Translations under genes and position numbers: made by a program | Notes under the pieces: generated by a model | The model's database searches: none | What the model saw: only the letters and a program-made list of their open reading frames with translations | What the model was told of the DNA's origin: nothing | From: Fastidiosibacter lacustris | Lineage (GTDB): Bacteria; Pseudomonadota; Gammaproteobacteria; Francisellales; Francisellaceae | Direction of reading: 5' to 3' | Length of the DNA stretch: 30,518 bases | Assembly: GCF_003428155.1 (NCBI RefSeq) | Contig: NZ_QLIR01000020.1 | Coordinates: forward strand, 1-30,518 | In this document: positions 1-8,682 of the stretch, piece by piece | Layout: the number at the start of each line of letters is the position of its first letter | How positions within the stretch are numbered: position 1 is the first letter of the stretch

Positions 1-67
1 TCAAACATCCTTTAAAACCCTTATCCAGAGCCCTCTCACCAAACACTCTCAGTGACAACGAGTCGCC

Positions 68-95
68 ATTATACACACACATCAATTCCCCGCAA
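68..95 (-). promoter_or_regulatory. Predicted sigma70 promoter directed leftward off the window: TTGCGG (90-95), 16-bp spacer, TATAAT (68-73), followed by a GC-rich discriminator (GGCGACTCG)
   Basis: The reverse complement reads TTGCGGGGAATTGATGTGTGTGTATAATGGCGACTCGTTG, with a perfect -10 and a discriminator like those of stable-RNA promoters. Confidence 0.55.
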
Positions 96-206
96 GCGCT
101 TTTTTTAACTTTTTTTTAATTTTGTTTGATCGTGTTTGAAAAATCATCAACAATTAATGCAATACAAGATAACTTTATTAGTTTACTTTTTATTTGATTA
201 TCGGGT

Positions 207-2099
207 TTACTGAACCTTTTCCAGTTCTTCATGCAAACTTAGCCACTCTAGTTCAGATTTTTCCAATTCCATCTGAATTTCAGTATGTGCTTGCAATATA
301 ATATTTAACTGCTGCTTATCCTGATATAACGCTTCATCTTGAAGCTGAATATCAAGCTTACTTTTTTGCTGTTGTAACTTAGCAATTATCTCTTCAATTT
401 TTTTAATTTTATCAGTTAATGGTTTTTGCTTTTCACGTAATTGAGTCCGCCGTTGACGTTCTTTCTTTTTATTCTCTTTACTTACAACGAACATCGAACC
501 TTCTTTCTCTTTAGTTTGAGATATTGTGGTTTTGGCTGACACATATTGATAATAATCCGTTAAATCGCCATCAAAAGCAGACACCTGACCTTGATCAACT
601 AACCAATACTCATCAACCGTGCTTTCTAGTAAATAACGATCGTGTGATATCAACACTAAAGCACCATCAAAAGATTGTAGTGCAAATGCCAAGGCTTCAC
701 GCACCTCAATATCTAAATGGTTGGTCGGCTCATCTAGAAGTAAAAAGTTAGGCTTTTGATAAACGATTAATGCAAGCGCCAAGCGCGCCTTTTCGCCTCC
801 TGAGAAGCCACCGACTGCCGATAATGCCATTTCATTACTAAAGTTAAATCGCCCCAAAAACTTACGTGCCTGCTCATCCGTAATTTTCGTATCTAAACGC
901 TTCATATGTGTCAAAGCGGAAGCATCAAAATCAAGTGCATCTAACGAATGTTGCGCAAAGTAACCTATCTTTAGATCAGGATGCTTTTTAGCTTCGCCTT
1001 GTGATAATTGCAAATCACCAACTAAGCCCTTCACAAAAGTTGATTTACCGGCACCATTTTTACCCAAAAGACCTATGCGCATCTCTGGCAAAATCATCGT
1101 GTTAAGATCACTCAAAATAACCTTGTCGCCATAACCCAATACGCCATTTTCAAGTGTCAACAAACTGCCTGTTGGCATTTTGACATTCTCAGCAAAACTA
1201 AAGCTAAAACTTTGCTTATCATGTACCGCCTCGATACGCTGCATTTTCTCGAGCATTTTAACGCGTGATTGAGCTTGTTTCGCTTTGGATGCTTTCGCTT
1301 TAAAGCGATTAACAAAGCTTTCTAAATGTGCGATTTTTTGCTGTTGCTTAACATGTGCCTTTTGTTGTAACAAGCGTTTTTCATGATATTGCTTTTCAAA
1401 AGATGAGTAATTACCGGTGTAACTATCAATGCCTTTATTTTCAATATATAACACACGCTCAACGACATTATCTAGAAAAATTCGATCGTGTGAGATAAGG
1501 ACGATCGCACCTTGATAATTTTGTAAATAACGCTCAAGCCACATCACTGCATCTAAATCCAAGTGGTTTGTTGGCTCATCCAATAGCAGTATTTCAGCTT
1601 GCTGTAGTAGAGCTTGTGCTAAGTTCAAGCGAATACGCCAACCACCTGAGAGCGATTTAACAGATTCATGCAGCTGCTTTGGCTCAAAGCCTAAACCATC
1701 TAACAGCTGAGCGGCTTGTGACTCCAGTTGATAGCCACCTAATGCTTCAAAATCAGCATGAAGTTGCGCATGCTCTTCATAAGCCTCATCAGTGAGCGCT
1801 TTCTCCATTGCCACCGTTAATTGATGTAATTCGGCATTGCCTTGCATGACATAGCGCACAACCGAAGCATCTAAATCATCGACTTCTTGTTTGACTGTCA
1901 CAATACGCGTGCCCTTGGCAATCTCAAGTTCACCTTGATCTGCTTGCAAGCCCTGAGCTAAAAGCATAAATAGCGAGGTCTTGCCAGCGCCATTAGCACC
2001 AACAAGACCGATTTTTTGCTTATCATAAATTGCGAAGCTCACATCATCAAATAATGTCTTTAAGCCGCGCTGTAATGAGATATTTTGTAATGTAATCAA
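207..2099 (-). CDS. yheS: ABC-F family ATP-binding protein, YheS-like; likely TTG start at 2099-2097
   Basis: Two Walker A motifs (GANGAGKTS, GKNGAGKST), duplicated LLLDEPTNHLDLD/LLLDEPTNHLDI, an SGG signature in each domain, an ABC-F linker ([25 protein letters not shown]) closely matching E. coli YheS, and no TM segments. Confidence 0.9.
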   Translation of the reverse strand: MITLQNISLQRGLKTLFDDVSFAIYDKQKIGLVGANGAGKTSLFMLLAQGLQADQGELEIAKGTRIVTVKQEVDDLDASVVRYVMQGNAELHQLTVAMEKALTDEAYEEHAQLHADFEALGGYQLESQAAQLLDGLGFEPKQLHESVKSLSGGWRIRLNLAQALLQQAEILLLDEPTNHLDLDAVMWLERYLQNYQGAIVLISHDRIFLDNVVERVLYIENKGIDSYTGNYSSFEKQYHEKRLLQQKAHVKQQQKIAHLESFVNRFKAKASKAKQAQSRVKMLEKMQRIEAVHDKQSFSFSFAENVKMPTGSLLTLENGVLGYGDKVILSDLNTMILPEMRIGLLGKNGAGKSTFVKGLVGDLQLSQGEAKKHPDLKIGYFAQHSLDALDFDASALTHMKRLDTKITDEQARKFLGRFNFSNEMALSAVGGFSGGEKARLALALIVYQKPNFLLLDEPTNHLDIEVREALAFALQSFDGALVLISHDRYLLESTVDEYWLVDQGQVSAFDGDLTDYYQYVSAKTTISQTKEKEGSMFVVSKENKKKERQRRTQLREKQKPLTDKIKKIEEIIAKLQQQKSKLDIQLQDEALYQDKQQLNIILQAHTEIQMELEKSELEWLSLHEELEKVQ

Positions 2100-5000
2100 G
2101 CACGAGTCTCCATAAACTCTCGCCACGATTTAACGTGAATGGGCGCATCATGCAATTCAGCCAACGAGCGCAACGTTAACTCAGCAATCTGCAAATTAGT
2201 AATCAGTGGAATATGGTGATCAACCGCTAAACGCCTAATTTTAAAACCATCTGAAAGATTATCATCACTTACATGTTGTTCTCTACGTGGAATATTAATA
2301 ATCAAATCCACACAGCGATCGGCAATGATATTTTCAACGTTTGGCGCTTCTGACTCACTGATTTTATAGGCCAGCTTTGTTTCAATACCAAACTCTTTTA
2401 AGTATTGACTAGTTCCTGTTGTTGTATAAATTTCCCAACCTAACTCGTAAAGCCTCTTTATCTCTGGTAAAAGCTTAACTTTCTTGTCACCTCCAATTGA
2501 AAGCAATACTTTTTTGCGTTTTACAAACATTTCTGTTGCCTGCCAAGATTTATAAAACGCATCCAATAAATCATAGCCAATACACCCCACCTCACCCGTT
2601 GAAGACATTTCAACATGCGCCACAGGATTGGCACCTTTTAATCGATTATATGAAAATTGTGATGTTTTTACACCAACGTAATCTAAGTCCAAAGTGTTAT
2701 AGCGTTTTTTGTTATATTTACCCATGATCACCTCAGCTGCGATCTCAATAAAATTATGCCCTGTCACTTTCGATACAAATGGAAATGAGCGTGATGCACG
2801 CAAATTACACTCAATCACTTTGAGGTTATTATCTTTGGCAATAAATTGAATATTAAAAGGACCTGAAATATTAAGTGCTTTAACAATTTTCTTGGTAATA
2901 CGCTTAGCACGACGAATCGTTTCTAAATACAAGTTTTGAGGAGGTAATACAATGGTTGCATCCCCAGAATGAACGCCTGCATTTTCAACATGCTCAGAAA
3001 TCGCATAAATAACGATTTCACCATTTTGAGCAACACCATCTATTTCTAGCTCTTTAGCATTGTTAATAAAATCTGAAATCACAACAGGATGCTCAGGAGA
3101 TACCAAAGCCGCCTCACGCAAGTATTGCTCAAGCGCATCTTCAGAATAAATTACGTTCATGGCTGCTCCTGATAGCACATAAGAAGGACGCACCAAGATT
3201 GGGTAACCAACTCTTTCTGCAAATGCTTTCGCATTTTCCAAAGTTGTCACAGACTCCCAAGCAGGCTGATCAATGCCAAGCTCATTTAACATATTCGAAA
3301 AAATTGCTCGATTTTCGGCACGATTAATGTTCTGAGGAGAGGTGCCCAAAATTGGATAACCCACTTTGGATAAAGGCACAACTAGGTTATTGGCGACCTG
3401 CCCACCTACTGATACAATAATGCCCTTCAAGTTTTCAAAATCAGCAATATCCTGAACGCGCTCAAAGGTTAACTGCTCAAAATACAATCTGTCCGACTCA
3501 TCATAATCGGTTGATACAGTTTCCGGGTTGGAGTTGATAATAATAGGTGACTCACCTAGTTTTTTGAGTGTATGAGCAGCAGTGACACCACACCAATCAA
3601 ATTCAACTGAAGATCCAATACTATACGGTCCTGAACCAAGGATTAAACTTGCAGGTATTTTAGATGGTAAAATGTCATGCTCAATTCCATGATAAGTCAT
3701 ATATAAATAATTGGTTTCTGCTTCAAATTCGCCAGCTAACGTATCTATCTGTTTAACGTAAGGGACGATCCCTTGAGCAATCCGCCAAGCACGTAAGGCT
3801 TGAACATCCATTTCACGAAATCTTGCGATACTCTTATCAGAAAAACCAAGTTTCTTAGCTTCTTTTAACAATGAGTTAGTTAAAGGAATCGCATGATTTT
3901 TCAAAGTATTTTCCATATTTGCAATCGTGTGCATATGATTTAAAAACCATTTATCTATACCTGATAGTGCATGCGCCTTATCAATACTACCCCCTTTAAC
4001 AAAAAAGCGATGTAGTGCAAAGATCCTTCTATCGGTTGCCCGCTCAATCTCAAGTTCAAGATCAGGAATATCAAAGGGATAATCCGTTAAATCCGCAGCC
4101 CCTATGTTTAACATACCTACCGCTTTTTGCAAGGCTTCTGAAAAAGAACGACCAATTGCCATAACCTCGCCAACTGACTTCATTTCTGTGCCAATAAAAC
4201 GTTCTGCTTTTTTAAGTTTATGTGTATCCCAACGAGGAATTTTAACAACAATGTAATCTAAAGCGGGTTCAAAGTAAGCACAAGTCTTCTTGGTTACTGC
4301 ATTTTGTAACTCATGTAAGTTATATCCTAAGATAAGTTTTGCAGCAATAAATGCCAATGGATAACCTGTTGCTTTTGAAGCTAATGCTGATGAGCGCGAT
4401 AAACGAGGATTAATCTCTATCACACGATAATCAGACGTTGCAAGATTAAAAGCGTATTGAATATTACATTCACCGATGATATTAAAATGATTGGCAACCT
4501 TAATCGCGATTTCACGCAAGCGGTGATATTCTTTATTATTTAATGATTGTGAAGGTGAAACAACAATACTTTCACCGGTGTGAATTCCCATTGGATCAAA
4601 GTTTTCCATATTGCATACAGTAAGCACGTTTCCTGCCATATCCCGAACAATTTCGTATTCAAACTCATTCCAACCCAATAGACATTCTTCAATTAACACT
4701 TGAGAAGTCGCATTCAGCACTTCAGTAACACGATGTTTAAGTTCATCTTTAGTTTTGACGATGCCTGAACCAAGTCCACCCAAAGAAAAACCTGAGCGCA
4801 TCATCAGCGGAAAACCAATTTCCTCAGCTGCAATTAAGGCTTCTTTTAACGTTGTAGCCACAAAACTTTTAGCTGTTTTAATACCAATCTCATCTAATTT
4901 ATTTTTAAAAAGTCCACGATCTTCCGCTTCCCTGATTGTCTGTACCGAGCTTCCTAACACTTTGACATCATGGAGTGCTAACACACCTTTTTCTTCAAGC

Positions 5001-5314
5001 TTAAGCCCCAAGTTCAAAGCTGTTTGCCCACCAAAGCTAAGCATAATCGCATCTGGCTTTTCTTTTTCAATAATTTTGGTGACATGTGCAAGATCTAATG
5101 GCTCAAAGTACACCTCATCAGCCATCCCAGGATCGGTTTGAATCGTTGCAATGTTAGGGTTAACCAAAATAATCTTGATTCCTTCCTCTTTTAGCGCCTT
5201 TATCGCTTGTGAGCCTGAATAGTCAAACTCACCTGCTTGAGAAATACGAATACCACCTGATCCTAAGAGTAAAACCTTTTTGATTTGTTTGAAAACGTCA
5301 CGATGATTAAGCAT
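2096..5314 (-). CDS. carB: Carbamoyl-phosphate synthase large subunit
   Basis: 1072 aa with two ATP-grasp halves; FDYSGSQAIKAL, NPRLSRSSALASKATGYPLAF, GPYSIGSSVEFDWCGV, NCNLRASRSFPFVSKVTGH and a C-terminal MGS-like domain. Confidence 0.95.
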   Translation of the reverse strand: MLNHRDVFKQIKKVLLLGSGGIRISQAGEFDYSGSQAIKALKEEGIKIILVNPNIATIQTDPGMADEVYFEPLDLAHVTKIIEKEKPDAIMLSFGGQTALNLGLKLEEKGVLALHDVKVLGSSVQTIREAEDRGLFKNKLDEIGIKTAKSFVATTLKEALIAAEEIGFPLMMRSGFSLGGLGSGIVKTKDELKHRVTEVLNATSQVLIEECLLGWNEFEYEIVRDMAGNVLTVCNMENFDPMGIHTGESIVVSPSQSLNNKEYHRLREIAIKVANHFNIIGECNIQYAFNLATSDYRVIEINPRLSRSSALASKATGYPLAFIAAKLILGYNLHELQNAVTKKTCAYFEPALDYIVVKIPRWDTHKLKKAERFIGTEMKSVGEVMAIGRSFSEALQKAVGMLNIGAADLTDYPFDIPDLELEIERATDRRIFALHRFFVKGGSIDKAHALSGIDKWFLNHMHTIANMENTLKNHAIPLTNSLLKEAKKLGFSDKSIARFREMDVQALRAWRIAQGIVPYVKQIDTLAGEFEAETNYLYMTYHGIEHDILPSKIPASLILGSGPYSIGSSVEFDWCGVTAAHTLKKLGESPIIINSNPETVSTDYDESDRLYFEQLTFERVQDIADFENLKGIIVSVGGQVANNLVVPLSKVGYPILGTSPQNINRAENRAIFSNMLNELGIDQPAWESVTTLENAKAFAERVGYPILVRPSYVLSGAAMNVIYSEDALEQYLREAALVSPEHPVVISDFINNAKELEIDGVAQNGEIVIYAISEHVENAGVHSGDATIVLPPQNLYLETIRRAKRITKKIVKALNISGPFNIQFIAKDNNLKVIECNLRASRSFPFVSKVTGHNFIEIAAEVIMGKYNKKRYNTLDLDYVGVKTSQFSYNRLKGANPVAHVEMSSTGEVGCIGYDLLDAFYKSWQATEMFVKRKKVLLSIGGDKKVKLLPEIKRLYELGWEIYTTTGTSQYLKEFGIETKLAYKISESEAPNVENIIADRCVDLIINIPRREQHVSDDNLSDGFKIRRLAVDHHIPLITNLQIAELTLRSLAELHDAPIHVKSWREFMETRA

Positions 5315-5436
5315 TAAAATTTCACGTTGTTCGAGTTTACCTTATTCTAAAGTTTTTTCCGTGAAACGCAATTATATCGCTTAAATGATTCATAATAGTT
5401 ATAAAGTTATTTCTCTCAAGTCATCTAAAAGGGGCA

Positions 5437-6255
5437 CTACTGGATGCTAATTTGGCATTTATAACCTGCAAATTTTCGTACATTCATCACGCCAGTATCT
5501 AAGATAACATATTGCCCTTTCATTCCCATAAGCAACCCTTCAATAATTAGGGATTTATCCAAGTTATGTGCTTGTATTTTATTTGGGTATTCTAGCACAG
5601 GATAATGAATCTGCTGCTCAGACATTTTCACAATTTTTATTGATGCTTCACTATATTTTTCCTTTAAAGCATCAATAAAATGTTGCTCTTTTGCCAATAT
5701 TTTATTTTTATAATCTAATAAATCTAACTGATCAGGAGATGATTTTAGCATCGCCTGCCAATTGGTTTTATCAGTCACATGTTGTGCAAGCTTTACTTCG
5801 ATTAAACCTGATAGCAACCGCTCACTAACTTGAACAATTGGCAATGCCTGAGTTGCACCTTGATCAATCCAACGAGATGGAATATTTTTTTCACGCGTAA
5901 TACCCACTTTAATAACTGCCGTATTGGCAAGATAAATATAATGTGGCTTTATGCAGTGCGCCTTACCCCAACTACTATCACGGCATGTCCCTTCATGGTA
6001 ATGACATAATTCTGGCTTAATGATACAGGTATCGCATTCTGCTAAGCTTCTCAAACAAGGAAAACAATAGCCCTGATTAAAACTCTTTTTAGTGGACCGT
6101 CCACAGGCAACACAATTAATTTCCCCCAAAAATTTCAGAGTTATACGTTTACCAATAAGCGCATTCATTTTAAGCTCGCCTAGCTGATATTGAGCTATAT
6201 TACTTTCACTCAGGAAAGTTTGCATTTTTGACAAAGTGATTGTTTGTTCTATCAT
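5437..6255 (-). CDS. DUF2797 family protein
   Basis: Cys-rich N-terminal region (CVACGRSTKKSFNQGYCFPCLRSLAECDTCIIKPELCHYHEGTCRD) followed by HYIYLANTAVIKVGITRExNIPSRWIDQGA, a pattern recalled from DUF2797 proteins. Overlaps the queC stop by ATGA. Confidence 0.7.
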   Translation of the reverse strand: MIEQTITLSKMQTFLSESNIAQYQLGELKMNALIGKRITLKFLGEINCVACGRSTKKSFNQGYCFPCLRSLAECDTCIIKPELCHYHEGTCRDSSWGKAHCIKPHYIYLANTAVIKVGITREKNIPSRWIDQGATQALPIVQVSERLLSGLIEVKLAQHVTDKTNWQAMLKSSPDQLDLLDYKNKILAKEQHFIDALKEKYSEASIKIVKMSEQQIHYPVLEYPNKIQAHNLDKSLIIEGLLMGMKGQYVILDTGVMNVRKFAGYKCQISIQ

Positions 6256-7082
6256 TTAACACTCTTTGCTTGTTTGCAGTTAAACTCAGCAATGACTTTT
6301 TGCGTATGCTCCTTAACAATTTTCCAACTTACAGGACCCAATTCATCTGCATATGCTGCTGGATCCTTTAGTTCCAAGGCTAAAAAGGCTTCAATTCGCC
6401 CAATTGAAGATGCTGACTTATAATCGCTATAAATCGTATTGTCATATTTAATAGGAATATATGAGGTAAACGTCATTCCATAGATCTCTTCATAGTCTAG
6501 TCCCAATGATTCACATGCACTTATTCCATCTTTTAATACATATGCTTTGTTATAATCAATATAAGGAAGATAATATTTCACACGCTCTGCATCCCAATTA
6601 CCCGCAACAAACGCTTCATAGTCTTTATCACGAAACAACTGACGACAATCTGGATAGGTTGCATGATCTCCAGCATGAACCCCCATTGCAATTAGAACCT
6701 CACAATCATTAGCTTTTGCAATTGACAATGCCACTGCTTGCAAAATTGAACTAAAGATTTTATTACGATTTGGCACCACCGTTAAGCGCATATTACTCTC
6801 GTGATAATGCCCTTGAGGCACATTATCTCCACCATTTATTAATGTGGAATGCAATAACTTTGCAAGTCCATCTATTTTAATTACTTGATGATGAAGCTTA
6901 AAGTTTTGTAGTTTAAGGTAATCAGCCAAGCTTCTTGCTTTATCTAATTCTACTTTATGCTTTTGACCATAATCAAAAGAGAGTGCTGTAACTTCATAAC
7001 CATCATCTAGTAAACGCAGCATCAATGAAGAGGAATCCATACCACCTGAAAATGACACTACTGCATATTTTCTTTTACTCAT
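6252..7082 (-). CDS. queC: 7-cyano-7-deazaguanine synthase (QueC)-like PP-loop ATPase, divergent form
   Basis: N-terminal VVSFSGGMDSSSLMLRLL PP-loop and ALSFDYGQKHKVELDKARSLADYL, as in QueC. ATG at 7082 is preceded by GAGGTC; the track ORF extends to 7094 via a GTG. The C-terminal zinc cysteines are absent. Confidence 0.8.
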   Translation of the reverse strand: MSKRKYAVVSFSGGMDSSSLMLRLLDDGYEVTALSFDYGQKHKVELDKARSLADYLKLQNFKLHHQVIKIDGLAKLLHSTLINGGDNVPQGHYHESNMRLTVVPNRNKIFSSILQAVALSIAKANDCEVLIAMGVHAGDHATYPDCRQLFRDKDYEAFVAGNWDAERVKYYLPYIDYNKAYVLKDGISACESLGLDYEEIYGMTFTSYIPIKYDNTIYSDYKSASSIGRIEAFLALELKDPAAYADELGPVSWKIVKEHTQKVIAEFNCKQAKSVK

Positions 7083-7424
7083 TCTTGACCTCACTGCAAT
7101 TTAGAGTTTCAAATTAAAAAAGATAAACCAATTGAACTAAGTTTCAGCGTATTATCTGACTTTTTAACCCAGCAAATCACACATTACAGACATTAAAAAT
7201 TAGACCTGTTAATCCAAGTAGATTATACCGATAAACCAATCAACTTTATAAGTTATTTATGAAAATTTAACATGATAATTGCGTTTTAATCTATCTATAC
7301 ATCGCTTCAAAATAGGGTAGAAAAATTGCGAAGCCAACGTTGACTCAAACGTAGATATAATTACTTGCAGCTGAATAAGAATTCGCCTATAGTGCTAAAA
7401 AATTTTTAAAATATCTTACTACAA

Positions 7425-7892
7425 ATGATTTACCGAATTGAAAAATGTCTTGATGGCTTTTCCACTTGCTTTCGCCAATGGAACGCTATTCATTCACATT
7501 GCCGTTTTTTGCACGGCTATGCTATTTCGTTTCGCCTGCATTTTAAAGCAAATCAACTTGACCAACACAATTGGGTATGGGACTTTGGATGGCTAAAAGA
7601 TAAACAATTTTTAATTGATGGTATGACAACAAAAGAATGGTTTCACTATATGTTTGATCACACGATTGTTTTGTCTGAAAAAGATCCTGCCCTTAGTACT
7701 TTTAAAGCTCTTGAAGAACAAGGTCTAATTCAGTTACGTACTTTACCTTATTTTAGTTGCGAAGGTATTGCTGAGTTTGTGCTCAACAAACTAGGAAGTA
7801 TGGTTTTGACTCACAGTAATAATCGAGCACAACTCTATCGAGTAGATGTCATGGAAAACAATAAGAATCTAGGAGCTGCTGAAATTGAATAA
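7425..7892 (+). CDS. queD: 6-carboxytetrahydropterin synthase (QueD/PTPS family), divergent form
   Basis: HSHCRFLHGYAISFRLHF, NWVWDFGWLK and FDHTIVLSEKDP match the PTPS core (catalytic Cys, Asp-His). Immediately upstream of queE. Confidence 0.75.
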   Translation: MIYRIEKCLDGFSTCFRQWNAIHSHCRFLHGYAISFRLHFKANQLDQHNWVWDFGWLKDKQFLIDGMTTKEWFHYMFDHTIVLSEKDPALSTFKALEEQGLIQLRTLPYFSCEGIAEFVLNKLGSMVLTHSNNRAQLYRVDVMENNKNLGAAEIE

Positions 7893-8682
7893 CCTAGGAG
7901 GCGCATCACAACTTCGTGTCACCAATTATAATCAAATCCTACCTATAATCGAAATTTACCCTTGCTTACAAGGAGAAGGCTCTCGCCGTGGACATCCTTG
8001 TTTTGCGATTCGCACAACAGGGTGTACACACCGCTGCTATTTTGGTGAACAAGGGGACTGGTGCGATACGTGGTACTCAAGCATCCATGCGCAAAAAGGT
8101 AAGTTCTCATTTTATGACATCATCCAAATGATTGAATCTTCCCCTAACATAAAAGAAATCATGTTCACGGGTGGCGCACCAACTATGCACCCCGCTATCA
8201 TCAATGAAATCATGCACCTTGCATATCAACGTAATTTCTTTTTAACCCTTGAAACAGAAGGCTCACACTTTATCAAAACGGAGCATCCAATTCACCTCAT
8301 TAGCCTATCACCCAAGTTTAATAATTCGATTCCAAAGCTTGGAATACTTACACCTAAAGGCAAAAAGGTTGATCAAAAATTCATTGATCAGCATAACAAA
8401 TACCGCTTAAACCTTTATGCTATGCGTCAAATGATTGATTACCATCAAGATTATCAACTAAAGCCAGTTTGTGATGGAAGTCACGAAAATATCCAAGAAA
8501 TCAACTCTCTCATTGCTGAACTTAATATTCCTAGATCAAAAGTTTACCTCATGCCTGCTGGTAGAACTCGCAAAGAGATAATAAAAGCCTATCCAAAGAT
8601 CATTGAACTTGCACTTAAAGAAGGCTTTAAGTTTACAGGTCGCGATCACATTATCGCTTTCGATGACAAAATTGGCGTTTAG
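7885..8682 (+). CDS. queE: 7-carboxy-7-deazaguanine synthase (QueE), radical SAM, divergent form; TTG start, 8-bp overlap with queD
   Basis: IEIYPCLQGEGSRRGHPCFAIRTTGCTHRCYFGEQGDWCDTW, FTGGAPTMHP, LTLETEGS and ISLSPKF align along the canonical QueE scaffold. Confidence 0.85.
   Translation: MNNLGGASQLRVTNYNQILPIIEIYPCLQGEGSRRGHPCFAIRTTGCTHRCYFGEQGDWCDTWYSSIHAQKGKFSFYDIIQMIESSPNIKEIMFTGGAPTMHPAIINEIMHLAYQRNFFLTLETEGSHFIKTEHPIHLISLSPKFNNSIPKLGILTPKGKKVDQKFIDQHNKYRLNLYAMRQMIDYHQDYQLKPVCDGSHENIQEINSLIAELNIPRSKVYLMPAGRTRKEIIKAYPKIIELALKEGFKFTGRDHIIAFDDKIGV

Noticed and set aside
4755-5141. 128-aa open frame antisense to carB
   Set aside because: It is fully nested in carB on the opposite strand; its Ser/Pro/Lys-rich composition is typical of a shadow ORF.
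7095-7424. Divergent queC/queD intergenic region examined for a preQ1 riboswitch
   Set aside because: I found no recognisable compact preQ1 aptamer (C-rich loop with A-rich tail near an RBS) by eye; an Rfam/Infernal search would be decisive.
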